64,000 nucleotides of DNA from an uncultured Methylomirabilota bacterium (lineage in GTDB: Bacteria; Methylomirabilota; Methylomirabilia; Methylomirabilales; 2-02-FULL-66-22). Positions 27,867 through 37,330 of the stretch are shown here, one piece after another. Made by a program: the position numbers and the translations under genes. The stretch's first letter is position 1, and every line of letters begins with the position of its first letter. The stretch is taken from contig CAWJSJ010000005.1 in NCBI GenBank assembly GCA_963845565.1, forward strand, positions 480,001 through 544,000, written 5' to 3'. The notes below the pieces were generated by a model that searched no databases, was not told the origin of the DNA, and worked only from the letters and a program-made list of their open reading frames with translations.

Positions 27867-29927
27867 TCATGATCCTGACGTTCTTGGAGGAGCGGAATGC
27901 TCCTGAGACGCGCCGGTGTGCTCCCGTCCCAGCCGGCGGATCTGCTCGGCGGCCTCTCGGACGGCCGCAGGGTTCGGTGCCGTCCGGAGCACCACGTGCC
28001 AGAGGCGAAGGCTCTCGGGCCGGTCGCCCCGCTCTGCCGCCAGCATGGCCAGGGCCCGGAAGGGTTGGGCCCGATCCGGCCGGATCTCCGCGGATCGAAG
28101 GAAGTGTTGCGTGGCCTCGCCGCCGCGCCCCGACTGGGCCAGCAGGGAGCCGAGAGCCTCCTCTGCTTCGTACAGGTCGGGGCGAAACTCCAGGACCCGG
28201 CGGTACCGTTCCATGGCCTCGGCTGGTCGTCCGGCCCGATCCAGGGCGCGCCCCAACCACAGGCCCAGATCCGCATCCTCCGGGAATCGGCCGATTCCCT
28301 CTTCACCGATGGCAACCGCCTCGCGAGGCTCGCCGATGACAAGATGGGCCATCAGCCGGGAGACGGAGTAGTCCCGGTCCCGCGCCCCCTCGGACGCCAG
28401 GCCGTCGAAGAGTTGAAAGCCGTCACGCGCTCTCCCCTGGAGGACATAGACCAGCGCGAGAATAGTGCGCGGTCGGCGGAGCGTCGGGTTCAGGCGGACC
28501 GCTTGCTCCAATGCAGCGGTGGCCCGCGGCAAATCGTTTGCCCGAAAGTACGTGAGACCGAGATTGAGATAGGGAATGGGTGCGCGCGGGGCGACCTCCG
28601 TCATGCGCGTAAACAGGGTCAGGTCGTTCCGCCACACCGGCGCATAGCGGTACGATTGCCACGAGTAGGCGATCAGCAGGAGTGCCAAACCTCCCCAGGC
28701 GATAGGCCTCCGGAAAGGCCACCGCCGGCCGTCCGTCGGCCCCAGCAGCACGGCGAACCCCAGCGCCAACAGGAGCGCCACCCCGACGGACGGCAGATAG
28801 AGGTAGCGATCGGCCAGCCCCATCTCGCGCGGCGAGAGTGGCACCAGATCCACCACGGGGCTGATCGTAACCAGGAACCACGCCGTTCCGAAGGCCACCC
28901 GCGGGGCCCGCCGCCACGACCAGATCAGGAGGGCGACGAGCCCCCCCCCGAGAAGCAGCCCGAGAGCCGGCCACAGGCTCAGAAACGACTCCGGCCGTTT
29001 CAAGGAGTAGAAGGGCTGCATGTGGGTCGGGACGAGGCTCAAGATGACGTAGCGGGCCAGGAGTTCGAACGACCCGGGCAGGCGCTGCCAGAGGCCGCCC
29101 CCCTGAAGGCGGTCCCCGGCGATGTTCAGCAGCTGCGGAAAGCGAAAGGCCGCGAAGGCCGCGGTGACGATCCAAAACGGGACCGAGCGCATCAGTGCTC
29201 GGCGCAAGGTGGTCCGCTCCGCGGGCTGGTCGGAGGCGGGGGAGTGCAGCAGGTCGCTCAGCACGAGCAGGGCGGGCACAGTGACCGCGGCCTCTTTGGA
29301 AAACAGGGCGAACGCCTGCATCGCCAAGGCGGCTCCGCCCCACGCGATTCGTCCTCGCCCCGGCGCGTCGGATCGCCGGTAGGCGAGCAGGCATCCCAAG
29401 ACCCCGATGCTGAGCAGCAGGTCGACGCGTGCGGCCACGAAGGCGGCGACCTCGACGTGCACGGGGTGCACGGCGAACAGGAGAGTTGCCAGGAGGGCGA
29501 TGTCGCGCCGCGCGCCCATTGCCAGGACGAGTCGATTCACGAGGAAGGTCACCGCGACGTGCAGCAGGAGGTTGGTAAGATGGGACATGGCGGGATGCGG
29601 ACCCCAGAGCGTCGCGTCCAGCGCCAGGCTCAGAGCCAGGGTGGCGCGACAGTAGGGACCCTCGATCACCCCCGACGTGAGCGAGGCCAAGTCGGATTGA
29701 AAGAACTGCAGAAAATTCCGCAGATCGCGGAGCGTCGGGCTCTGCACCAGGGCGACATCGTCCCAAACGAACTGATAGCCCAGACTCCCCAGGTAGGTCA
29801 CCGCAGCGAGGAGGAGCACGAGGACCACTGTCCACGCCCGGACCTGAATCGTCTCGGCTTGGGTCGCGTCGCCCGGAGCCGGGTCGGTGTCCGCGTGCAC
29901 GGGTCGTGATACCGCTGCCGTTGTCAT
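27867..29927 (-). CDS. TMTC-like GT-C glycosyltransferase with TPR repeats
   Basis: FVWDD, HLTNLLLH, FAVHPVHVE...R.DLL, LFSKE, ADRYLYLPS, VWRNDLTLF, then TPRs. Confidence 0.82.
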   Translation of the reverse strand: MTTAAVSRPVHADTDPAPGDATQAETIQVRAWTVVLVLLLAAVTYLGSLGYQFVWDDVALVQSPTLRDLRNFLQFFQSDLASLTSGVIEGPYCRATLALSLALDATLWGPHPAMSHLTNLLLHVAVTFLVNRLVLAMGARRDIALLATLLFAVHPVHVEVAAFVAARVDLLLSIGVLGCLLAYRRSDAPGRGRIAWGGAALAMQAFALFSKEAAVTVPALLVLSDLLHSPASDQPAERTTLRRALMRSVPFWIVTAAFAAFRFPQLLNIAGDRLQGGGLWQRLPGSFELLARYVILSLVPTHMQPFYSLKRPESFLSLWPALGLLLGGGLVALLIWSWRRAPRVAFGTAWFLVTISPVVDLVPLSPREMGLADRYLYLPSVGVALLLALGFAVLLGPTDGRRWPFRRPIAWGGLALLLIAYSWQSYRYAPVWRNDLTLFTRMTEVAPRAPIPYLNLGLTYFRANDLPRATAALEQAVRLNPTLRRPRTILALVYVLQGRARDGFQLFDGLASEGARDRDYSVSRLMAHLVIGEPREAVAIGEEGIGRFPEDADLGLWLGRALDRAGRPAEAMERYRRVLEFRPDLYEAEEALGSLLAQSGRGGEATQHFLRSAEIRPDRAQPFRALAMLAAERGDRPESLRLWHVVLRTAPNPAAVREAAEQIRRLGREHTGASQEHSAPPRTSGS

Positions 29928-31294
29928 TCCGACTCCCTATCGGGCTCTTCGGCGCCGAGCCCGGGCGTCGGTGACCTGCGCTTTCGCGCTCGGAAAATCA
30001 TCTCGCAGAAGCCCACGTATCGCAGGTCCTCGATGGTGCAGCCCGACTCGGTCAAGCGCTGGGCCAGGGTGGCGCGGGTGTAATGGGTGATGTGCTCGTG
30101 GGCGTAGGCGCCGGGCAGGATCTTGCCATAGGCCCACTCCAGGATCCACCAGAGGCGCCGACCGTAATCGGGGGTCCCGAGGATGAGGGTTCCACCCGGG
30201 CGGAGCACCCGCGTCAGTTCGTGGAAGACCTGCGGCGTGGCCGCAATATGCTCAATCACCTCGGAACAGATCACGACGTCAAACCGCTCCGCAGGAAAGG
30301 GGAGAGCGAAGACCGTCCCCTGCACCAATCGACGATGGTGGTCGCGCAGGAAGCGCAACTTCGGCAACAGGACATCTAGCCCGATGGCGTCGGGCAGATC
30401 CTGGATGATCCGGCTGGACCCGCACCCGATGTCCAGGATCCGGGCCGGGCGCGACTGGTCGGCCGCCCGCACGAAGCCCAGGGTGATGCGATGGCGCGCC
30501 CGCTGCCAGTACCGCTGGAGCGGGATGGGGCTGTCGAAGGCTCGATGGTCATAGTCGGCCGCTGCCACGGAGTTGCGGAGCCGCCACATCCGGAGCAGCG
30601 TGGTGAGGTACGCCCACCCAAACGCGACGATCCGCCGGAAGGATCGGCCGGCACCCCGCGCGGTGTAACGGAACGGGACTTCCCGGATCCGCCAGCCTTG
30701 GGCATGCACGCGGAGCAGGATCTCCTGTAAGATGTCAAAGTCTCGCGCGGTCACGGTGAGGTTGTCCAGAACGGCTCGCCGGTACAGGCGAAACCCACTG
30801 GAAAGGTCGCGGAGCTCCAGGGAGAGGACGCGGGCGTAGGTCCGGTTGAGGATATGGCTCAGCAGGCGGCGGACGGCTCCCATGTCGGCCCGCCCCCCGG
30901 CCACGTACCGGGACGCGATCAGCAATTCCGCGGCGTCCCGGTGCCGCCAGAACTCCTCGATGAACACCGGCCGATGCGAGCAGTCGGGGTCCATAGTGAT
31001 AATCCACGGAGCTGAGGTGGCTGCAAACCCCGCCAGGAGCGCCCCGCCGTAGTCTGGCCCTTCTTGCTGGATGACGCGCGCCCCGCGATGTGACGCCGCC
31101 TCGGCGGTTCCGTCCCAAGAGCCCCCGTCCACCACGACGAGTTCCCACGGGACGCCCAGCCCGTCCAGGGTCTCCCGCAGGGCGGGCAGGAGCAGTTCTA
31201 GGTTTTCCCGTTCGTTCCGCGCGGGGATGACCACGGCCACGTCGGGGGAGCGGGTGGCGGAATCTTCAGAAGCGCCGGGGCGGTCTTGGCTCAT
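29924..31294 (-). CDS. GT2 polyprenol-phosphate sugar synthase (Dpm1-like) fused to class I SAM methyltransferase
   Basis: VVIPARNE, VDGGSWDGT, MDPDCSH, ASRY, DLSSGFRLY; C-terminal ILDIGCGS, FDVVICSEVIEH, LRPGG. Confidence 0.88.
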   Translation of the reverse strand: MSQDRPGASEDSATRSPDVAVVIPARNERENLELLLPALRETLDGLGVPWELVVVDGGSWDGTAEAASHRGARVIQQEGPDYGGALLAGFAATSAPWIITMDPDCSHRPVFIEEFWRHRDAAELLIASRYVAGGRADMGAVRRLLSHILNRTYARVLSLELRDLSSGFRLYRRAVLDNLTVTARDFDILQEILLRVHAQGWRIREVPFRYTARGAGRSFRRIVAFGWAYLTTLLRMWRLRNSVAAADYDHRAFDSPIPLQRYWQRARHRITLGFVRAADQSRPARILDIGCGSSRIIQDLPDAIGLDVLLPKLRFLRDHHRRLVQGTVFALPFPAERFDVVICSEVIEHIAATPQVFHELTRVLRPGGTLILGTPDYGRRLWWILEWAYGKILPGAYAHEHITHYTRATLAQRLTESGCTIEDLRYVGFCEMIFRARKRRSPTPGLGAEEPDRESE

Positions 31295-31376
31295 CGCATC
31301 TCACTTGCGGAGGTCTTGAATGCCGATGGGGACCGGTACTCAAGACGGAGTGGCGGCGGTTGCCCCGGTGCGGTTC

Positions 31377-32114
31377 TCATTGGTGAGGACTTGGACGTTG
31401 TCCCCGTCTCATTTCCCCCAGGAGCTTCGCGATCTCGCGCTGGGCAATCTCCCGGATCGCGTCGTTCTCGGAGCGCTCGTACATTTGCCGCCAGAGTTCC
31501 AAGGCGGTGTCGAGATGGCCGACCTTGGCCTGGAGCCGGATCAAAAACCGGGGGATGTAATGCGGGCGCCCGGGGAGGCGGTCCGTGATTTCCCACCAGT
31601 GCAACGCTTGCTGGTAATCCTGGAGTTCCAAAAAGTACAACCGCCCCAGATCGTGTGGAAGTTGCCAGGCCAAGGGATTGGCGGCGATCCCCTTCCGGTA
31701 GATCGCGATGGCGTTGGGAAACTGTCTGGCGATGGTGAGGAACAGTCCGCCGTACTGGTAGGCATCCAAGAAATGGGGGTCGAGCGAGGTCGTCATGTCC
31801 ACCAACTGATAGAGTTGGGGGAACCGCTCCTTCCCCTCGATCCGGGAGCCGAAGTACTGGACGGTTCGAATCCAGGTCAGGTCGGCCGCTAGGCCCGTGA
31901 ACCCCAGGAGCGCCGGCCGCAGGATCTCGGCGCGCGGGAAGAAGATCGGCTGGGGCGTTTCTGCCCGCGCCACCGCGCGCGCCTCGATCCCTCGGGAGGT
32001 GAGGATCGCCCCCGCCAAGGCCGCCGCGGCGATCGCCAGGGAGACCGCTTGCGCCAAGCGCGGCGGAGGGGTTCGCACGGATGCCCCCACCTGCAAGGCT
32101 CCGGACCCGCTCAT
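31377..32114 (-). CDS. Membrane-anchored TPR-like protein (PilG/XapA-like, pilus-associated)
   Basis: N-terminal TM, ADLTWIR, TSLDPHF, helical repeats; position next to the ABC pair in the pil cluster. Confidence 0.6.
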   Translation of the reverse strand: MSGSGALQVGASVRTPPPRLAQAVSLAIAAAALAGAILTSRGIEARAVARAETPQPIFFPRAEILRPALLGFTGLAADLTWIRTVQYFGSRIEGKERFPQLYQLVDMTTSLDPHFLDAYQYGGLFLTIARQFPNAIAIYRKGIAANPLAWQLPHDLGRLYFLELQDYQQALHWWEITDRLPGRPHYIPRFLIRLQAKVGHLDTALELWRQMYERSENDAIREIAQREIAKLLGEMRRGQRPSPHQ

Positions 32115-32878
32115 CGGAAATCACGCCGCTGGAACACCGCAATCGCGATCGCGAGGAGCGCGGCGGCGTAGAGCGCGCCGTAGATCGCCGTCAGTGCCAG
32201 CGTGCCGGGGTCCAACAACAGGTCGTTCGCGACGGCGCCGCTCAGGTTGAAACGCGAGAGGTTCGGCAGCAGGTAATAGAGGCCGACGGCCATGGCCTTG
32301 AGGGAGGCTCCACCGAACTGCGTAGCGAACGCCATCAAGTCGGCGCTTAATCGGCCGATGACGAACACCAGCAGGGTGTAGATCGCGCTCAAGGTCGGGG
32401 TCGAGAAGGTGGAAAAGAGGATGGCGGTTGCCGTCAACACGAGAAGCTCTACCAACGTGAAACCCGCCGCCAGCAGAATCCGGGGCGTCCAGTGATCTTC
32501 GAGCGCCCAGGCGAGGACCATGAGCCCGGCCGCCATGATGCCGAGGTTCACCGCCAAGGTGAGGCCCAGCCCCAGGAACTTCCCGACCAGGAATTCGGCT
32601 CGGCGCACCGGTTTGGAGAGCAGGGAGAAGATGGTGCGCCGCTCGATCTCGCGCGACACCAGGTTGATCCCGATGAAGACCGCGATGAACAGGCCAAACA
32701 GCGTGATGCAGGCCAGGCCTAGATTCTTCACGATCCGGCCCTCGCCGCCGACGCTCAAGGTGACGAGGATCGTCGAGCTTCCGATCATGGCGAGGGCAAA
32801 CACCAGAATGCTGTACAGGATCTTGTCGCGGACGGTCTCGGTGAAGGCCATCTGCGCGATGGTCAGGATGCGTCTCAC
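32111..32878 (-). CDS. ABC-2 type permease (PilI-like)
   Basis: 6 TM, EIERRTIFSLLSKPVRRAEFLVGKFLG, C-terminal FQRRDF. Confidence 0.88.
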   Translation of the reverse strand: MRRILTIAQMAFTETVRDKILYSILVFALAMIGSSTILVTLSVGGEGRIVKNLGLACITLFGLFIAVFIGINLVSREIERRTIFSLLSKPVRRAEFLVGKFLGLGLTLAVNLGIMAAGLMVLAWALEDHWTPRILLAAGFTLVELLVLTATAILFSTFSTPTLSAIYTLLVFVIGRLSADLMAFATQFGGASLKAMAVGLYYLLPNLSRFNLSGAVANDLLLDPGTLALTAIYGALYAAALLAIAIAVFQRRDFR

Positions 32879-33810
32879 GCTGTGGTCCCCCGGCTGGCCT
32901 CCAAGAAGATCGTTTCCAGGCTCCGCCGCTGCGGGACGACGGACAGCACCCGGCTCTTGGCGCCGACCAGCATGAAGAGAGCGACCTCCAACTCCGCCTC
33001 GCCCGGGAGCCGGACCATCACACGATCGTCCTGGACCAACGGCGGCGAAAGGGCCAGTCGCTCCACCGCCGCGAGTGTCTCCGCGGGAATGGAGGTCGCG
33101 GTGACCTCGATGGATTCCAATTCCTCTCCCAGCAAGGTGCGCATGGACCCCGAGCGGACCAGTCGCCCCCCGACCAGGATACCCACCCGGTCACAGATCA
33201 TCTCGACGTCGGGCAGGATGTGCGTGCTGAAGAAGACCGTGCGTCCCGCCGCCCGCTGCCGGAGGATGAGGTCCCTGACCTCCTTGCGGCCGATCGGATC
33301 CAGGCCGGACATCGGCTCGTCCAGGATCAGGAGGGACGGGTCGCCGAGCAGCGCCTGGGCGAGCCCCAGCCGCTGGACCATGCCCTTGGAGTACTTCCGA
33401 ATCTGCTGGCGCACCGCGCGGTCCAGCCCGACCTCCGTCAAAAGGGCCGGCACCTGCTCCCGGAGCGCTCCCCGCGGCACGCCCAGTAGTCGTCCGCAAA
33501 ACGTCAGGAACTCCTGTCCGGTCAAGTACTCGTAGAATGAGGGATTCTCGGGCAGAAAGCCGATGCGGCCCCGGGTGGAGGCATCACCCAGCGGGCGTGT
33601 CAACACGCGGCCGTTACCGGCGGTCGGCCGGATCAAGCCCAGCAAGAGCTTGATGGTGGTGGATTTCCCGGCCCCGTTGGGCCCCAGGTATCCGAAGGTC
33701 TCGCCGCCGCGGACCTCCAGGGTCAGGTCGCTCAGGACACGCACGCGTCGGCCCCAAAAGCCGACGCGGTAATCCTTGGACAGCCCTTCGATCTGGATGA
33801 CCGGTTCCAT
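32875..33810 (-). CDS. ABC transporter ATP-binding protein (PilH-like)
   Basis: GPNGAGKST, YSKGMVQR, LDEPMSGLDP. Confidence 0.93.
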   Translation of the reverse strand: MEPVIQIEGLSKDYRVGFWGRRVRVLSDLTLEVRGGETFGYLGPNGAGKSTTIKLLLGLIRPTAGNGRVLTRPLGDASTRGRIGFLPENPSFYEYLTGQEFLTFCGRLLGVPRGALREQVPALLTEVGLDRAVRQQIRKYSKGMVQRLGLAQALLGDPSLLILDEPMSGLDPIGRKEVRDLILRQRAAGRTVFFSTHILPDVEMICDRVGILVGGRLVRSGSMRTLLGEELESIEVTATSIPAETLAAVERLALSPPLVQDDRVMVRLPGEAELEVALFMLVGAKSRVLSVVPQRRSLETIFLEASRGTTA

Positions 33811-33913
33811 CCGCACCTCAGGTGTGGCAACCTTCCGTATTAGACCCAATCATTCCGCTGTTCGTCAAGAGGGTTTGCCATTCACGCCGCGGCTCCGGCG
33901 TCTGGAGGTGAGG

Positions 33914-36900
33914 TTACGACCCGGTTCCATACAAGGAGAAGGATAACTCCTCGACTGCCTTGCGGGCCGCGACGTTCATCGGTTCCAAGCGCAGGCAGCG
34001 GCGGAAAGCTTGGAGGGCCTGCGTCTTGTCGTCCTGCGCCCTGTGAAGTCTGCCCAGCGCGAGATAGACCTCTGGCTGGAAGGGATCCCTGAGGGCGGCC
34101 TTCCGGAGGGCGGCCAAGGCCTCATCGAAGCGCCTGGCCTCCAGGTTCGCCAGTCCCAGCTGGTATTGGGCGAATGCGTTCTCCGGGTCGCTGGACGCGG
34201 CCCGGCGAAACGCCTCGAGCGCCTCGGCCGGGCGGCCTGCGCCCTGGTATGCCAGGCCAAGACCGGACCACACACGTGCGTCCTTGGCAGTGATCTCCAC
34301 GGCGACGAGATACGCCCGGATCGCCTCGTCGAAGCGCCGTCGCTCCCGCAGCAGATCCGCCAAGCCGGCCGCGTTCCGCGGGTCCTTGGGGTGCAGTGCC
34401 GCCGCGCCGCGCAGGTGCGTCTCGGCGAGGTCCCACATCCGCTGTCCCCGGTACAATTGCGCGAGGGCCTCGTGCGCTTCGACCATGGTGGCGTCTAACC
34501 GAAGGACGGCCTTCAAGTCGGCTTCCGCCAAGAGGACAGACCCCGACCGGAGATAGATCTTTCCGCGATGAATCAGTGCGATGACGTCCTTGGGATTGCC
34601 CCGGAGTGCCCGCTCAAACTGAGGCATGGCCTCGTCCGGCAGATCCTTGGCCCAGAGCGCCAACCCCAGGTCCCGCCGGAACGCGGACGAGTTCAGGGAC
34701 TCGTCGGACAGGCCGACGATGGGCGGGTATGGTCGTCGCTCGAACGATTTCAGCACGCGCCAGTTCAGGTCCACGGTATCGGCGTACAGGCTGTCCGGCG
34801 CCGAGAATTCCAGGAAGGGCAGGTCGTCGGTGTTCACCAGCGCATGCTGGGCGTACTGGGCGGCGTCTTCCTCCACCAGGGCGAAATCCGCCAAGATGGC
34901 CAGCGGGGAGTGCAACCCCAGCCTTGCCATATCCTCCTTGAGGCCGGGGACCGCGCCGTATTTCGCCTGCAGGGTGGCGTGGTCCAGCGTCCAGGGGTCT
35001 TTCGAGCCGAGCAGGAGGAGATCCCCCCGGGTGGTGTTCCAGATGGTGGTGTGCGGGAACACGGACCGGAACGTCTTGACCACCATCTTCAGGTCTTCGG
35101 GGAAGAGTCCGTAGGTGTGGATCCACTGGCACACGATGCCTTTGGGGGCGAGCCGCTGAGCCGTCAGCTCGTAGAAATCCAGGGAGAACAGGTTCCCGAT
35201 GCCTCGCATCCATGGGTTCGACGGCTCGGAGATGATGACATCATAGCCTCCATCCGAGGCGAGGAGAAAGTTGCGGCCGTCGGCGATGGCCACGCGCGCC
35301 TTCGGGTTCTTCAGGAGCTCGCGATTCTCCTTGGCGAAAAACGCCGCGGCTTCCACGACCGCGGGCTCGATCTCGATGACGTCGATCCGCTCCAGCGGGT
35401 GGAGGGACACCGCCCCCGCCGTCACGCCGCTTCCCATGCCGATCACCAGCGCACGCTTGGCGTCGGGCCGGATGAACATGGGGAGATGCCCCGACATGAG
35501 CTGCGTGTGCATGTCCCCGGCGTTGCTGGCGTCCGTCTTTCCGTTGACCCGCATATACAGCAGCTCCCCCTGCCGGTGAACGGAAACGGTTGCGCTGAGC
35601 CCGTCCTTGTAATACAGGAGGCGGTCATCGGTTAGCATGGCGCTCCGGAACTCCGCCTTGCCGAGACGGCCGAAGTAGCTTCGTCCGTAGATGGCGACGC
35701 CGCTGGTCATGACGTTCGCGTCCCACGCGGGGGCGACGTACAACCCGCCCAGCGCAAGCAGGGAGATCGCGATCGCCGCCCCCTGTCGCCATCCGGTCAT
35801 CCGGGATGCGAGCAGGATCGCCACGGCGAGGCAGAGGTTCATGGACACCGCCAGCTTGAGTGTGAACTGCAGACCCCAGACGGGGATCAGCAGGAACCCG
35901 GCGACCATGGTGCCGGCGATCGCGCCGGTGGTGTTGACGAGGTACACCCGGCCGACATCGCGCCCAACACGGTTCATCGCCCTGGACACGATCTGGATTG
36001 CGCAGGGGAACGTGGCGCCCATGAAGAGGGTCGGGATGAACATGGCGAGCGCGCTGATAAAGAACTGGACCACTTTCATGAATCCGGGGGACTGGGAGAT
36101 CTGGAAGATCCGAAGGAACAGCTCGGGAATCCGGTCGAAGAACGGCGTCACCAAGAGCGCGCTCAGCCCGATACCCAGCTGGAGGCCGCCGAAGAAGACC
36201 GGAGTGATCCGGAGGCGTCCCGCCACGCGCGAGTACAGATAGCTTCCCAGGGCCAGGCCAGTGAGAAACGTCACCAGCATCGTGGTGAAGGCGTAGGTGG
36301 AGCTTCCGATGACGAGGGCGAGCGCTCTGGTCCAGGCGACCTCGTACATCATCGAGGCGGCCCCCGATATCCCCAGACCCACCACGGTGAGCCACACCGC
36401 CACGGCCGGCGGCCCCTCGGGCGCGGGAACCGTGATCTCCGACGCGGGTGCAGTCACCGCCACGGCCTCGGCCTGCCCGCCCGGGGTCTCGTGCCCAAGC
36501 TGCCGCAGGTGCCGGTCGAAGACGACCGCCAAGGCCCCGATCCCGATATTCGCGATGGCAGCGAGCAAGAGGGTGGTCCGGACGCCCAGTGTCGGGATGA
36601 GATGGAACCCCGCAGCGTATGTTCCCAGCACGGCGCCGAACGTGTTCAAGGCGTACAGCCTGCCCACCTGTCCACCCAGCACCTCGAGACTCCGCACGAA
36701 GAATCTGCTCAGCACCGGGAGTGTCGCACCCATGAGGGTGGTGGGGATCAACAGGATCAGGAAAATGAGCAGGAATTGCAACAGGCTGAAGGTGAAGAAT
36801 GACAGCCCGAACGCGCGATGGAGCGGGATGTAGATATCTTCAGCGCGAGAGAACAGGAACGGCGTGATGAGGGCGTACGCCCCGATTCCGATTTCGAGCA

Positions 36901-37165
36901 CTCCGTAGAGCCGGAGCGGGCGAGAACTCCGGTCGGCCACGCCTCCGAACAGGTAGCTCCCCAGGCCCAAGCCGGCCATGAAGGCGGCCAGGACGGTCGT
37001 GATGGCGAAGACCGTATGGCCGAATACGAGCCCAAGGATGCGCGTCCAGAGGACCTCGTAGATCAGGCCGGTTGCTCCCGAGCAGAGGAAGCAGACGGTG
37101 ACCGCGGCAAAGATCTGCCGCGTCTCCTTTTCGACCTCCCGCAGCGGATCGGCCCCTGAACCCAT
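33914..37165 (-). CDS. Fused MFS-like (2x6 TM + 1 TM) / spermidine-synthase-like SAM-binding domain / TPR protein
   Basis: Internal 6-TM duplication (YEVLWTR vs YEVAWTR; MGATLP vs MGATFP); IGMGSG, EIEPAV, ADGRNFL, DVIISEPSNPW; multiple TPRs. Confidence 0.85.
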   Translation of the reverse strand: MGSGADPLREVEKETRQIFAAVTVCFLCSGATGLIYEVLWTRILGLVFGHTVFAITTVLAAFMAGLGLGSYLFGGVADRSSRPLRLYGVLEIGIGAYALITPFLFSRAEDIYIPLHRAFGLSFFTFSLLQFLLIFLILLIPTTLMGATLPVLSRFFVRSLEVLGGQVGRLYALNTFGAVLGTYAAGFHLIPTLGVRTTLLLAAIANIGIGALAVVFDRHLRQLGHETPGGQAEAVAVTAPASEITVPAPEGPPAVAVWLTVVGLGISGAASMMYEVAWTRALALVIGSSTYAFTTMLVTFLTGLALGSYLYSRVAGRLRITPVFFGGLQLGIGLSALLVTPFFDRIPELFLRIFQISQSPGFMKVVQFFISALAMFIPTLFMGATFPCAIQIVSRAMNRVGRDVGRVYLVNTTGAIAGTMVAGFLLIPVWGLQFTLKLAVSMNLCLAVAILLASRMTGWRQGAAIAISLLALGGLYVAPAWDANVMTSGVAIYGRSYFGRLGKAEFRSAMLTDDRLLYYKDGLSATVSVHRQGELLYMRVNGKTDASNAGDMHTQLMSGHLPMFIRPDAKRALVIGMGSGVTAGAVSLHPLERIDVIEIEPAVVEAAAFFAKENRELLKNPKARVAIADGRNFLLASDGGYDVIISEPSNPWMRGIGNLFSLDFYELTAQRLAPKGIVCQWIHTYGLFPEDLKMVVKTFRSVFPHTTIWNTTRGDLLLLGSKDPWTLDHATLQAKYGAVPGLKEDMARLGLHSPLAILADFALVEEDAAQYAQHALVNTDDLPFLEFSAPDSLYADTVDLNWRVLKSFERRPYPPIVGLSDESLNSSAFRRDLGLALWAKDLPDEAMPQFERALRGNPKDVIALIHRGKIYLRSGSVLLAEADLKAVLRLDATMVEAHEALAQLYRGQRMWDLAETHLRGAAALHPKDPRNAAGLADLLRERRRFDEAIRAYLVAVEITAKDARVWSGLGLAYQGAGRPAEALEAFRRAASSDPENAFAQYQLGLANLEARRFDEALAALRKAALRDPFQPEVYLALGRLHRAQDDKTQALQAFRRCLRLEPMNVAARKAVEELSFSLYGTGS

Positions 37166-37244
37166 GGCGTGTCCTCCTGAGGTGACGCGATTATCTCGTG
37201 ATCGGCTTCTGGAGTCTTTTACTGGAATCCGCGGTTATCCACAA

Positions 37245-37292
37245 CAAAAAGAAGAAACAGAAAGGGGCAGGCGGTGATCTCACGCCTGCCCC
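37245..37292 (-). terminator. Rho-independent terminator downstream of pilA
   Basis: Stem GGGGCAGGCG/CGCCTGCCCC followed on the minus strand by TTTCTGTTTCTTCTTTTT. Confidence 0.8.
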
Positions 37293-37330
37293 CCTTCCGT
37301 TTCTAGCCCGGAATCAGTCCGGGGCGAGAG

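Noticed and set aside
33914..37165. Canonical spermidine synthase speE call
   Set aside because: Lacks the GGGDG and DxxDP motifs; no speD nearby; membrane/TPR fusion architecture
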